Source: a virus. Taken from it: a stretch of DNA of 64,000 nucleotides. The stretch spans positions 1 to 64,000 of the IMG/VR virus record IMGVR_UViG_3300046454_000825. One strand, 5' to 3'. The translations under genes were made by a program, and so were the position numbers. Of the stretch, positions 45,712 through 56,111 are shown in pieces. The notes beneath the pieces were generated by a model. That model ran no database searches and was not told where the DNA came from. It saw nothing but the letters and a program-made list of their open reading frames with translations. Every line of letters starts with the position of its first letter. Position 1 is the stretch's first letter.

Positions 45712-46332
45712 ATGGACGCTAAAGCCGCAGAAGACCCGAAGCTACTGGCCCACTACGAGGGGCTGGTCAGAAAGACCGCCGGGCGGTATGTGAATCGGCT
45801 GGAGGAGGACTACGAGGATGTGTGTCAGTTCCTCCGCTACAAGGTGTGGAAAGCGCTACTGTCCGTGGACCCGGAGCAATTACGAAAACGGGCTCAGACC
45901 AGCCAGTACACACCGCTGGAACTGCGCGATCGCTACGTCTTCTCTTGCATTGCCAATGCCGTCAAGGATCTTCTCAAGCGCAAACGGCACAATCTCCTCT
46001 TCATCGAGGACTACACAGCCACCGAGTTCGATGTCTACGAGAGTGGCAGCACAACCGGCGTCGGCAGAAACAGACGCGACGAGTTCGATGAGAGATATCT
46101 GTGTGAACAGGACACATTTACCGACGTCGACGTGGAGGTTCTCATCCCGTCGACGTTGACGCGCGCCGAGCGGGAGATCTTACTGCTGATGTATCTCGAC
46201 TACAAACCCGCCGAGATCGCGGCGCAGAAGGCGGTTCCGCGGAAAGAGATCTCAGCCGCGATGAAGACGATCCGAGAGAAGATGGCCGACTGGAGCCCCA
46301 GCCACGACCAACAGGTTCCGGTCGCGGCTTGA
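45712..46332 (+). CDS. Phage RNA polymerase sigma factor (sigma70 regions 2 and 4)
   Basis: YEGLVRKTA..DYEDVCQ..VWKAL..YV...IANAVKDLLKR; LTRAEREILLL..Y..AEIA. Confidence 0.85.
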   Translation: MDAKAAEDPKLLAHYEGLVRKTAGRYVNRLEEDYEDVCQFLRYKVWKALLSVDPEQLRKRAQTSQYTPLELRDRYVFSCIANAVKDLLKRKRHNLLFIEDYTATEFDVYESGSTTGVGRNRRDEFDERYLCEQDTFTDVDVEVLIPSTLTRAEREILLLMYLDYKPAEIAAQKAVPRKEISAAMKTIREKMADWSPSHDQQVPVAA

Positions 46333-46333
46333 C

Positions 46334-46528
46334 ATGCGCCGGAAGCTCATCTGCCGGGGGTGCGGGGGCACGGTTCGAGACCCAGGGATGTGCGGCTTTT
46401 GCAGGGAGGAACGCGGCGAGCAGGTGGTGCCCGACGAGCCGGCGCGGCCGAACACCGCCGGCGAGCAACGGCTGAACACTGCGCTCATGCGCACCAACGA
46501 GTTCCAGAAAAACTGGGGGCTGGTCTGA
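46334..46528 (+). CDS. Small CxxC..CxxC zinc-finger protein
   Basis: CRGC..CGFC. Confidence 0.55.
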   Translation: MRRKLICRGCGGTVRDPGMCGFCREERGEQVVPDEPARPNTAGEQRLNTALMRTNEFQKNWGLV

Positions 46529-47491
46529 CTATTCCGGCCAGATTGCTGCGTGGCAGTGCGGGCAGAAGGTGGGGCGGTCGCAGTACTGGAAGACGTAGGA
46601 CTCCCAGATCAGCTCGGGTTCAATGCTGAGGTTGTCGGTTCGCTGGGCGAGCACGGTTGGTGCCTCCTCCAAAGGGCTATCGGATGGAGGAAGGTCGATA
46701 ATGCAATAGACCTTTCGGTCGGGCTTCCGCTCTCGGAATAAGTCGCCGAGAGCTAGGGTGTGCTTGTACGCAAGAGTCACAGCAGCTTCTCCTGCTCATG
46801 CTGCAGGGTGTAACGCCGGCGCAGTTCCTTGATCGTGATCCGGTCGATGCGATAGCCGGGCCGCGTGAAGCGTTCGATCTTGCAGTTCCAGGTGCTGACC
46901 TCCAGGATCTGAATGTGCGGGCTGGTGGCGCGTAGACGGCTCGGATCCTTCGCCACCCACGTCTGACCGGGTGCTGGTCTCACTGCATCGGTGCGTAGTT
47001 GAGCCAGAGCTGGGCCGAGGTCGAGTAAATGGCCACGCCGCGGCGCTCTTCCGCCCGTCTGACGTCATTGGCCGTGATCTTGCCCGGTAGGTCGAGCCTG
47101 GCCTGGTAGGCCCGGGAGGCGGGCGTTCCGTCTCTCTGCATGGTCGTGACGACGAAGACGCAGTTCATCCCTGCTCCCTATCCCTAAGTTGCGTCGCAAG
47201 CTCGTGACCGGCCTCGGTGATCCCCCACTCAACGGACTGAAATGCCTCTCCGCCCGGCGTCGAGTTCGTAGCTAGGCCCCGACGTTTGAGAGCGACCAGA
47301 ACATTCGCTGCCCCCTGTGAGGCGTAGTTCCGCTTGTGGCCTCGGCCGGGGTCGAGCAGGTCGGCCGCTGCCATCGCGCTTCCGAGAAAGTGGGCCATCG
47401 CTCCACTTCCGCTGTAGAGCGGGACGCCGGCCTTGGTCCGTTTGTCGAGCCAGAGAAGCGCGAACCGTTGGCGCTCGTTTAATGGCTTCAC
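46529..47491 (-). other. Four coupled small hypothetical genes (46529-46780, 46777-46983, 46980-47168, 47165-47491)
   Basis: Chain of 4-nt overlaps on the minus strand. Confidence 0.6.
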
Positions 47492-48462
47492 GCGACCTGA
47501 CTCTCGAACTGATCCTCGTAGCGTTCCACGTCGCGCTGTACGTCGTCGACCACGAGCTCAGCATACCCCTGGGTCTCGGAGATGTTGGCGTGGCCGAGCA
47601 GGCGGGAGACGCGCTCGATCGGCATCCCGGCGCGCAGCCAGTTGGTCGCGCACGTATGCCGCATCCTGTGCAGCGTGAAGTCGCCGGCGTCGCGCAGATA
47701 CATGGAGAAGCGCCGGAAGTCCATCGGTCGCAGCCAGACGCCCTCAGGACCGATCCTGGTGAGCGAGAGCCACGGTCGATCGTGCTTGGGCTTCAGTTCG
47801 GTGCGGAACTCGATCCAGTCTTTCACCGCGGCGCGCGCTGCCTTGGTGTAGGGCACCTCGCGGAACTTCTCGCCCTTGCCTTCGCGCACCACGATGTAGG
47901 CGTTGTCGTAGTGCATGTCGTCGAGCGAGAGGTCGAAGATCTCGCTGCGCCGGAGCCCGCAGTCGAGCGCGATCCTGGCCACGGCAGTGAGCTGCAGCCG
48001 ATGGGCATGGGGTTCGATCCGTTTGTAGGCCGACGTTCCGCGCTTGAAGCGAGCTCGCCATTTTCCATCTGAATCGAATGGATATTGCTTGGCGATCGCC
48101 GGCCAGAGCTTCTTGATCTCCTTCGAGGAGTAGGGGCGCGGCAGTCGCTTCTTGATGTCCGGGAACTTGGCACGTTTGATGGTCAGGTACTCGTCGCTGG
48201 AGTAGAGGCCGGCGTCGAAGGCCCAGCCGAAGAACGGGCGGACCAGCATGCCGTACTTACGGACGGTGATCGGTGCAAGGTTGCTCTCGTTCAGTGAGAA
48301 GAGCCAGCGCTTGTAGCCATCGCCAGTGCAGTCGAGCGGATCGGACACACCAACGAACTGACACAAATGCGCGAGTGCTTTGCCCTGTTCACGGCAGCGG
48401 CATATCGTCAGGCCGTTGTAGTCCTGATACTCGGCTTTGAAGCGATCGAGCGACTCCATCAT
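47488..48462 (-). CDS. Tyrosine recombinase (XerC/D-like)
   Basis: GLRRSE, GKGEKFR, HRMRH, LLGH..T..Y catalytic set intact; N-terminal SAM-like domain. Confidence 0.92.
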   Translation of the reverse strand: MMESLDRFKAEYQDYNGLTICRCREQGKALAHLCQFVGVSDPLDCTGDGYKRWLFSLNESNLAPITVRKYGMLVRPFFGWAFDAGLYSSDEYLTIKRAKFPDIKKRLPRPYSSKEIKKLWPAIAKQYPFDSDGKWRARFKRGTSAYKRIEPHAHRLQLTAVARIALDCGLRRSEIFDLSLDDMHYDNAYIVVREGKGEKFREVPYTKAARAAVKDWIEFRTELKPKHDRPWLSLTRIGPEGVWLRPMDFRRFSMYLRDAGDFTLHRMRHTCATNWLRAGMPIERVSRLLGHANISETQGYAELVVDDVQRDVERYEDQFESQVA

Positions 48463-49967
48463 GCCTTCCGAATGACTGGGCCGTCGTGGTAGTCGTTACA
48501 CACTACGCAGCGGCCGTTCTTGTTCGGCTTCGGAGCGCGGAGACTGAAGCGATCGTTCAACTTAGAAGCAAAGGCCTCGGCGTGCTCGTTGGCCTTCCAG
48601 CCTTCGCCGGGACCGGTGAAGAACGTGCCCATGTCCAAATAGAAGACAGCCCAGCGGGCCGGCTGCTCAGGGTCTTTGTCGACCCAGAAAGGAACGTGAG
48701 GATTGAGGTTCGTTGGCCGGCTCATGGTGCCTCCCCAGGCGGCGTCCATGGGTCGCCGTGCATTCCACTCTCGAACTCATCGGGCTTCGAGCACCTGTAC
48801 TGCGGCTCGCAATCCTGCTCAACTGACCACATGCACGCTGCGCAGTCCCCACCGCAGTCGAGACGTGGATCACCCTTACCATAGAGCTCATCTTGCGGGA
48901 GAAGTTCTCGGCCGCATATGCCGCAGGCCCTGACAGCCTTCCAGCACATAAGGTTCTCTTGCGGGTGGTCCCGTTCGAGCATCCGGAATGCCCTGACCCG
49001 ACTGTCGCGCTCATCCATCTCGGGCGGTGTGCTAACGACGATACTCGTACCGACGTCGAGCTTGCCTAGGACGCCCTCCACCTTGGTCAGCCGAATCTTC
49101 ACTATCCCTGACCGCCAGTTGTGACGGGGATGCCGAACAACCGTTCAGGTAGCTTCTTGCCATAGCCGAGCTCCAAAAGGATCTGGGTCTCGGCGTCGGG
49201 CCAGAGTCGAATCATCGTGGGCCGGCGCGCGTTTTTCTTCTCGAACTCGTTCAGCATCGAGGAGACTTCGGCCATACCACCCGAGTGCACTACCATCACG
49301 TCGATCATCGGCTTGTTCATGTGTCGCCCTCCCCCAGGAGCTTCGGGTCGGTGACGTCAGCCGGGTCAATGCCTAGCTGCTCGGCCTTCGAGACGACCAT
49401 CGCCTCAATGTCGGCCCGGGCGCGCTGCACAACATTCTCGGCGTGTTCGCTCAGGCTGTTCGCAGCGAATCTCATGTTGCCCGGGGCGTTTTTGATCGCG
49501 TACTCCAGGGTCTGTCGATTGGCCTTCGTCTTATTCTCCTGGTAGGCGGAGAATGCCGCCTGAATCTCCTCAACGGCCTTCTCGGCGGCACGACCGACCT
49601 CGTCCATGGAGACGGCAAGGCGCGGGTCGTGCTCAACTCCGGGCATAGCCTCCCTATCGACGTGCTCGATAGTGCAAGGCACGCCGTCGCCCACGTTCAT
49701 TGTGGAGACGAATGAGGCCCACTGCGCCTCACTCATCGCGACCTCCACAATCTCTTCGCGGCCACCGAGCCAATCCCGATTGAGACCTCGCCTACGCAAC
49801 GCCCGCTTGAGGCGGACGACGACGTAGTGTTGGTGGCGGATGTCGCTGTCGAATAGAGCCGCCCCGGGCGGACTACTTGAGACGCGCGATGCGCCGATCA
49901 TCCCCCAAGCGGGGTGTGTTTCGTCGCCTCCATCGGTCGTCGTCGGCTTCGCCGTATCGCGCCTCAC
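48459..49967 (-). other. Four small hypothetical genes (48459-48725, 48722-49102, 49102-49320, 49317-49967)
   Basis: Coupled starts and stops; 49317-49967 carries the HPAWGMI..LFDSDI..SEAQWASFVS motif common in phages. Confidence 0.65.
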
Positions 49968-51097
49968 GCCAGTTCCTTCGCTCGCTCGATGCCGGCGTCC
50001 GTGAGGATGCGGCCCTGACCAATCTGAATGTAGCCCTGCTCGATGAGATAGGGCTCGACGCGCAGGCTGATCGCCTTCGAGTCACGGCTCTTGCCGATGC
50101 CGGTCGCGATGGTGTTCACGGAAGCATGGTAGGTCGTGCCGCGTGGCGTCTCATGCTTACCTTTGGTAAGTAGAAAGACGAGCATCCGCTGCATGTCGAC
50201 GGTCAGCCCGTCTTCGGTGACGCCGTTCATCTCGTGCAGCACTTCGCGCGCGACATCATCAGCGACCACTTTGTCCTCAATCAGGAGCGCAGCATTCTTC
50301 ACGTAGTTGTTCACCTGACGGGGGGTACCGCGCGCCGCCTTCGCGAACACCATCGCCGCGGTCGGCGTGACGACGACGCCGAGCTTCTCACCGTTCCAGC
50401 GCGCCATGCCGGCCAGCGCATCGACGGTATAGGGCTCCAGGAGTGGGCGGATCGGGAAGCGCGCGAGGAAAGGATCCGGAAGCATCCCCTCATCGGTCGT
50501 GGTGCCGATGATCGTGATCTCCGGGAAGTCGAGCAGGCCCGCGCCAGAGGGCATAACACGATCCTCCATAATGGCGTAGAGAACCTCAGGCTGCGTCGCC
50601 GTCGACTTGCCGCGGCGCTCCATGACTGCCTGTTGGTGGATCTCCTCAATCCTCAGGATGTCGCGGTCGCGCATCGTAGTTCGAAGTTCAAGCAGTGTGT
50701 CGCGCGAGACTGGAGCCTCCACCTCGTAGACGTCGACGCCCATCTCATTCGCGATGACGTGCGAGAACGTCGACTTGCCCGTGCCGGCGGCTCCGACCAG
50801 GAGGGTATGGTCGAGCGGCTGATTACGGCGCTCACAAGCGGAGACGACGCGGCGCATCATCGCCACGGCGGCGTCCTGGCCGAGCACTTCGGCGAAGCGT
50901 TCGGGGCGAAGTGGGTTGCGCGATCGGTCGTCTGAGTGCACGGGCATCGGCGCTTCGCTCGGGATATCTGCCTTACCTGCCTGTTGTAGGCGTGCGAGAA
51001 GATCGTCGCGGCCGTGAAGCGCGTCGAGCTCGGCCTGGAGCTGCGTCGCTGTTGGCCAGACGGGGACGGTCTGAATGGTCGGCCGCGTGCCACTCAT
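49964..51097 (-). CDS. ruvB: RuvB-like AAA+ ATPase
   Basis: LRP..F..V.GQ, LDHTLL.G..GTGKS..IANEMG, EEIH, EVLY..MED, RF, RGTPR, VEPYL..G.I..GR; start at ATG 51097. Confidence 0.85.
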   Translation of the reverse strand: MSGTRPTIQTVPVWPTATQLQAELDALHGRDDLLARLQQAGKADIPSEAPMPVHSDDRSRNPLRPERFAEVLGQDAAVAMMRRVVSACERRNQPLDHTLLVGAAGTGKSTFSHVIANEMGVDVYEVEAPVSRDTLLELRTTMRDRDILRIEEIHQQAVMERRGKSTATQPEVLYAIMEDRVMPSGAGLLDFPEITIIGTTTDEGMLPDPFLARFPIRPLLEPYTVDALAGMARWNGEKLGVVVTPTAAMVFAKAARGTPRQVNNYVKNAALLIEDKVVADDVAREVLHEMNGVTEDGLTVDMQRMLVFLLTKGKHETPRGTTYHASVNTIATGIGKSRDSKAISLRVEPYLIEQGYIQIGQGRILTDAGIERAKELA

Positions 51098-51501
51098 CGG
51101 TTCATCACCCAGAGCATCGCGCGTTCGCAGGGCGCAGGAATAAACGTCACTTCCGGATACATGATGCTGCGCGGGTTGGAACTGTGTACGTGGCCGGTTA
51201 GATGTCCCACCTCGTGGAAGGTTACTGCGCATGCCATCTCGAAATAAGACGGCTGCGCGAGCTGGCGGACAAGGTAGAGAAAGCACGGCTGCGGTTCAGT
51301 CGGAATCGTCGCCTCGCCGCGCAGATCGCCCAGCGACCCGTTCGGCACGATCTCCATGTCGACGGAAGTGCAGTTCGGTTCGCCCCAATGCGCCACGGCA
51401 AGCCGATACGCCATGTTCAGGTTCGGCGTGAACGGCGCGGCGGGTGCGGCCGGCGCGAGTAGGCCAAGCGCGAGCCCGGCAATCAGTAGGATGCGCTTCA
51501 A
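51094..51501 (-). CDS. Secreted matrixin-like (metzincin) metalloprotease
   Basis: Signal peptide; HEVGHLTGHVH plus SIMYP Met-turn. Confidence 0.85.
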   Translation of the reverse strand: MKRILLIAGLALGLLAPAAPAAPFTPNLNMAYRLAVAHWGEPNCTSVDMEIVPNGSLGDLRGEATIPTEPQPCFLYLVRQLAQPSYFEMACAVTFHEVGHLTGHVHSSNPRSIMYPEVTFIPAPCERAMLWVMNR

Positions 51502-53418
51502 GTTGCCTCAGTCAGCGCGGCCCACGGCGAAACACCATCGCGCTTGGGGTTGTACTGAGCGGTCTGATGTTCGAAGTCTTCGAGCCCGTCATAGGGTCCG
51601 ATGATCGCCTTTGGGTCGACGCGGAAGAGGTTCGCGAAAAAGTCGCCCCACTCATACCACGTGGCAGCCGTATAGACACCTGCGCCGATCTTGCCGCTAT
51701 TGGTCCGCCGGCGCGTGTTACCGCGGACATCCTTTCCATCGTCGGCAGTGAGTGTGAGCTCGAAGGCGCGGGCACGCTTACGCGATCCATGCGCCTTATA
51801 GTCGACGTAGACACCGCGAAGGTTATTATCGTGAACCGCGGCAACGTGTATGTCGCGCTCGGTGATGATGTCACTGTGCATTCGCATAAAGGGCCTCCAA
51901 TGTTGACACTACGCGGGCAACGCGAGCTTGTGCATCGCGTGGATCCTCAACTACACCGATGGGGATGCTTTCGTTGAGCGCCTTCGCGACTTCGCGAGCT
52001 CGGCTCTCATCCATCCAGTCGAGATTCTGCAGGCCGAAACCTTGCCGGCAGACGCCCCAGCCGAACGTTTTGTGCGATCGACCAAACTGCTCTTCCCATA
52101 GTTCGATGGCAGTCCGATTGTTTTCGTCCAGGTCGAGCGCGAGGTAACGGCCATACGTCGCAGGATGAGTGGGAATGCCCTCTTCCTTGCCGGCCATATT
52201 GACGAAAGGAATGCACACCGGGCCGTGCTGGCGTGGGATCTCGAAGAAGCCAGTCATTTTATCAAGCCCTGACTATTGAGACGGTTTGCGGCGCGCTGTG
52301 CGTTCTCGCAGGACGAGTAACGAATTAACTGCCCGTTGACCCCATAGTGGTAACGGTCAGCCAATAGAGCTGCGTCTCGGTAGAGAAACCAGTGACGTGG
52401 CCCTGCTCCATTGGACGCGGGACGCCATTTCGCTTCGGTGGTCATACCGGACCCCTAGAGCACGGCGTGATGGTGACACGGAAGCGGTCGAGACTGATCC
52501 GGGCCTCACCGTCGCGCGACGCGCGTTCCAGGTAGCTGTTCACCGTCATGCGGGTCAGCATCGTGTCGGGGAGGCCGGCGAACTCCATTAGCGCCGTTCG
52601 CGGATCCGTGCGCGCCGGGTCGACCACGAGTTGGCCGAGACCGCGGTACTTGTCCGCCGGCGTGCCTTTGATGAATCGGTAGCCGTTCACTAGCTACGCG
52701 CCTCCCTGAACCGCTCTTCGATTTTGTCGACGGCCGGGCCGAGAAATTCCTCCCATAGCTTGTCAACGTCCATCGAGTAGAGATTATCGCCGGCGCTCGT
52801 GTCGAACTGGAATTCGCCGCGGTCTTCCATCGTCCCGAGCAGTCCGCCGACGACGCAGCCGGGATCGTGGCTATCGCTGACGCCGACTCGGTAGCAGGTA
52901 ATCACGTGTCCGCAGTTCGGGCAGTGATCCGTGTTTGCAGCGGCGTCGACCACGAGCTCGCCGAAACGGCGAATGTGCTCGCCGACTTCCGCGCTTGCCT
53001 CAAACACGAGCAGAAGGAAATTATCCCGCTCCAGTGTCTCTTCTGACCCGGGATTGGTAAGTGTCTCCGGGAGCCAGTTCTCTGTGCCGCCGACGGCGAG
53101 CCAGCCACTGGAGCGGCCGGCACTGTAGGCGGCGGTGAATCCCAGCGCTTTCGCGCGTTCATCCATCAAGCGCCAGAAATCTTCCTGAACTCCCTGATAG
53201 ATCGCTTCGACCATCGACTCATCTACCACGTCGAGCGCGTTTTGCACGGCGATGGGATATGTCGAGCGGATATTGTGATCCCGCACGTCGACGGCGAGCA
53301 TATTCTCGCGCCGAGAGATTCGTATCGAGTGGCCTGACTCATTGTCAGTAACGGTTAGGTCACTGCCGGTAAAGCCACCGGTTGCACGAGGTGAGAATGA
53401 GTATCGACTCTCAGACAT
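51498..53418 (-). other. Five small hypothetical genes (51498-51887, 51871-52257, 52254-52445, 52442-52690, 52690-53418)
   Basis: Coupled minus-strand ORFs with protein-like sequence. Confidence 0.6.
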
Positions 53419-53814
53419 ATCGAGCTTTCTGTCGAGAAGTTTATGGGTTCGGTTCCGGTAAATACACCCGGACCCGGGAACATCTCGCCGGCCTGTTCAG
53501 TATCCCAGAGTCGACGATATTTCTAGGGCTCTGTTCAGCTTGCTAGAGCCATTCGTCGCACTTTCCGGAGATTGGATCTAAGGATGCGTCCCCGTGAGTC
53601 GTGCGACGCGCTCACTGAGAGATAGACCGCAAGCCCTGCGAATGGAAGCCCAGCCAACATTATGAGCGCTGGAAGGGCTTCCATATCGCGAGGCTTGTCG
53701 GATTTATCTTGCATGGGACACATTCGGAGGAGTTGGGATTTTCCCAGCTCGCATGGTCTACCGTGGCGAGGGAACATAGAAATATGCTGACCATAGTATA
53801 AATGTCCGTAAGGC

Positions 53815-53843
53815 TTGATATATGTAGAGCGGTCGCCGATAAT
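53815..53843 (+). promoter_or_regulatory. Host SigA-type promoter TTGATA-17-GATAAT, leaderless start at 53850
   Basis: Near-consensus hexamers, 17-nt spacer, ATG 6 nt downstream; AT-rich divergent intergenic region. Confidence 0.65.
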
Positions 53844-53849
53844 GCATAC

Positions 53850-54768
53850 ATGGACGCATACGGAAGCACTACAGAAGATGAGAGCCAGAGCCTTAACGCT
53901 TGGCTGAATGGTGATGAGCCCAGCAAGCCGGAGCCATTGAAGCCCAGTATCTGGACAGGCACCCTGACGCAGGAGGCGAAATAATGCGCAAGTCAGCCAT
54001 TGAGCAGATTCGGCTAGAAGCCAAGGCCGAAGCTTTCAAGCTCGCCGCGGAATTTGTCGACGGCCCAAAACTTGGCTTGACTCCCGCCGAGCACATTCAC
54101 CAAATGGCGCGCACTAGCGCCCAGAACCTGGAGGAACATATCAGGCTCCATGGGGAGTATTGCCCATGATTGTCGGATATACATATCGAGCTGATATTTA
54201 CTGCCCGGAGCACATTCGCGACCAGATACCGGCCGCGCCTACCGTCGGGACCGTAGAGGAATCGCTAGACCGCTTGGCAGCTCACCGGAATATCGACCGC
54301 GCGGACGAATACTCATTCGACTCCGACGATTTCCCTAAGCCGATCACGCAAGAATCAATCGAGCGGGAAGGCCGACTGAGTCAGTGCGGCGACTGCGGCG
54401 ACGCGGTCGGCGTCGAGACTGACTCACTGATCCACCATTGGGAGACGGAAGCCGCGCAGGCTGGCATTCAAGCCGCTAAGGATTCGGCGAGCTGGACCGT
54501 CGACGGTAATCAGGACGTGGCGGAGCGCGCGCGAGTCCTAGCGATGATGCGGGATGGAGATCCGCAAGCTTTCGATTACCTGCCGAGCTCGCCTGACCTT
54601 AGCGGGGAATGGGCGGATGGTCCGACGCCGCGGAGTATTGCGGTCGAGATCGCAGGCGCGGAGCCAAGCCCAGAGACCGTCGACGTTATCGCCGATGCAT
54701 GGGAGTCTGGCGTGTCGGATGCTTTCGAGTCGGCGTGCGAAGCGGAATTAATCAAGTTTTGCGAGTAA
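53850..54768 (+). other. Three early hypothetical genes (53850-53984, 53984-54169, 54166-54768)
   Basis: Coupled ORFs; the last has a GYTY.ADIYC..FDSDDFPK motif seen in actinophages. Confidence 0.6.
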
Positions 54769-54787
54769 ATCGCATCTAACAAGGAAA

Positions 54788-55501
54788 GTGAGACATTCGG
54801 AGATCATGATTACTGACCACGTAAAAGATATGGCTGCGCGTCGCAGTGAGGACGCAGCAAGCCACGGATATAACGGCCGCAACGGAAAAGGCGCGGACCT
54901 ACTGCGAAGCGTTGCGCAAGCCGTGAGAATCGCATCACGCCGCGTAGAAGGTCTCTACGGCGTGCCGACAATCACAGCCGCGGAGCGCGCCGAATATACA
55001 TCGGAGCTTGTCGGCCGCTTGCTTGGAGAAAATGGCGGCAAGATCCCTGACGCAAAAAAGCTCGGCAAGGGATATCTTGCCAAGCGCGCGCAAGGAATCA
55101 TCCTCAACGATCGCGATAGACGGAACGTCGCCTATAGCGAAGGGGATCACGCGGAGCCCAGCATCGGCGAGGCTGGAGCGGATTCGCGGCTGGATGGGCC
55201 GATCATGGTCCCCGCGGAGCTGGAAGCAGCCGCGCGCCGACTCCATCTAAGCATGGCCGGCCAACGTGCGCTCATTGCTGCAGTAGTCCCGGCGACGCGC
55301 GAGGAATGGGCCGAGCATTACGGCTACAGCAACGCCGATTCCTGGAAGACCATCGCAAAGCGCGGCCGAGCCGAGCTGCGCGAGATCGGGCAGCACACGT
55401 TGCGCAAGGCATTGCGCGCAGCGGAAGCCGCTACCGTGGATCGTCTCGATATCGCAGAGTCGGCGCTGCGCGAGATGGTCGACACAATGGAGGCGATATG
55501 A
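54788..55501 (+). CDS. Divergent ECF-like sigma factor
   Basis: Region 2-like AEYTSELVGRLL..GYLAKRAQGIILNDRDRR; region 4-like LEAAARRL..QRAL..TREEWAEHYGYS..SWKTIAKRGRAELRE. Confidence 0.5.
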   Translation: MRHSEIMITDHVKDMAARRSEDAASHGYNGRNGKGADLLRSVAQAVRIASRRVEGLYGVPTITAAERAEYTSELVGRLLGENGGKIPDAKKLGKGYLAKRAQGIILNDRDRRNVAYSEGDHAEPSIGEAGADSRLDGPIMVPAELEAAARRLHLSMAGQRALIAAVVPATREEWAEHYGYSNADSWKTIAKRGRAELREIGQHTLRKALRAAEAATVDRLDIAESALREMVDTMEAI

Positions 55502-56001
55502 CCACCACCACGCTGGGCTCTATAGGTGACGTCGAACGGCTGAACAGTGCCAAAGGCAAGCACTTCTTCAGTGACGACACCATGCGCTTTTTCTCAAGCA
55601 AGATAGAGACCGATCTAATCCGTGGTCGTTTCTTTATCACATCGGAGAAGAATCGCGACGAGAGGCGACGATTCACAATCAGAGCCGCGTTTGACGACGG
55701 ATCTATTGAGACATGCGGCGACTTCCAACAGTTTGCGTCATGGAGCGCCGCAGATAAAGCACTGGCCGAGGCATGCCGGCATGGCGCGCAAGTCGTCAAT
55801 GATCCATACGACGATGTGAAAGAGCCCGAGAGAGAGGACTACTTCAACTGGCGTGTGAGGCTGGGTGAGCTGACCATCGGAGTCAGGACCACGAAAGCCG
55901 AGGCCGAGGCGATGGCCAATCAGCTTCGCCCGGCTGATGCAACCCTGGAGCTGACGCGGCAGATCCCGCGCGAGTCAGTGGAAGAGGAGGCGAGCAAATA
56001 G
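55498..56001 (+). CDS. Conserved phage hypothetical protein
   Basis: HFFS.DTMRFFSS..FITSE..RRFTIR motif; GGAGG RBS; ATG 55498. Confidence 0.7.
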   Translation: MTTTTLGSIGDVERLNSAKGKHFFSDDTMRFFSSKIETDLIRGRFFITSEKNRDERRRFTIRAAFDDGSIETCGDFQQFASWSAADKALAEACRHGAQVVNDPYDDVKEPEREDYFNWRVRLGELTIGVRTTKAEAEAMANQLRPADATLELTRQIPRESVEEEASK

Positions 56002-56075
56002 TTAGCGTCGACGGCGCGCGAGAGGGGACACACCCACCTCGTCACCACCAATAGCCATAAGCAGTAGCAGCGATT

Positions 56076-56111
56076 AGAGCTCTAGGCGGCTTTCACAGCG
56101 TCTAGGGCTTT
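56076..56111 (+). terminator. Hairpin after the early operon
   Basis: AGAGCTCTAG..GCT/AGC..CTAGGGCTTT. Confidence 0.45.

Noticed and set aside
53830-53856. dif-like site (CCGATAA...); also TAACATA near 56248
   Set aside because: Only one arm matches; the first is better explained as a -10 element
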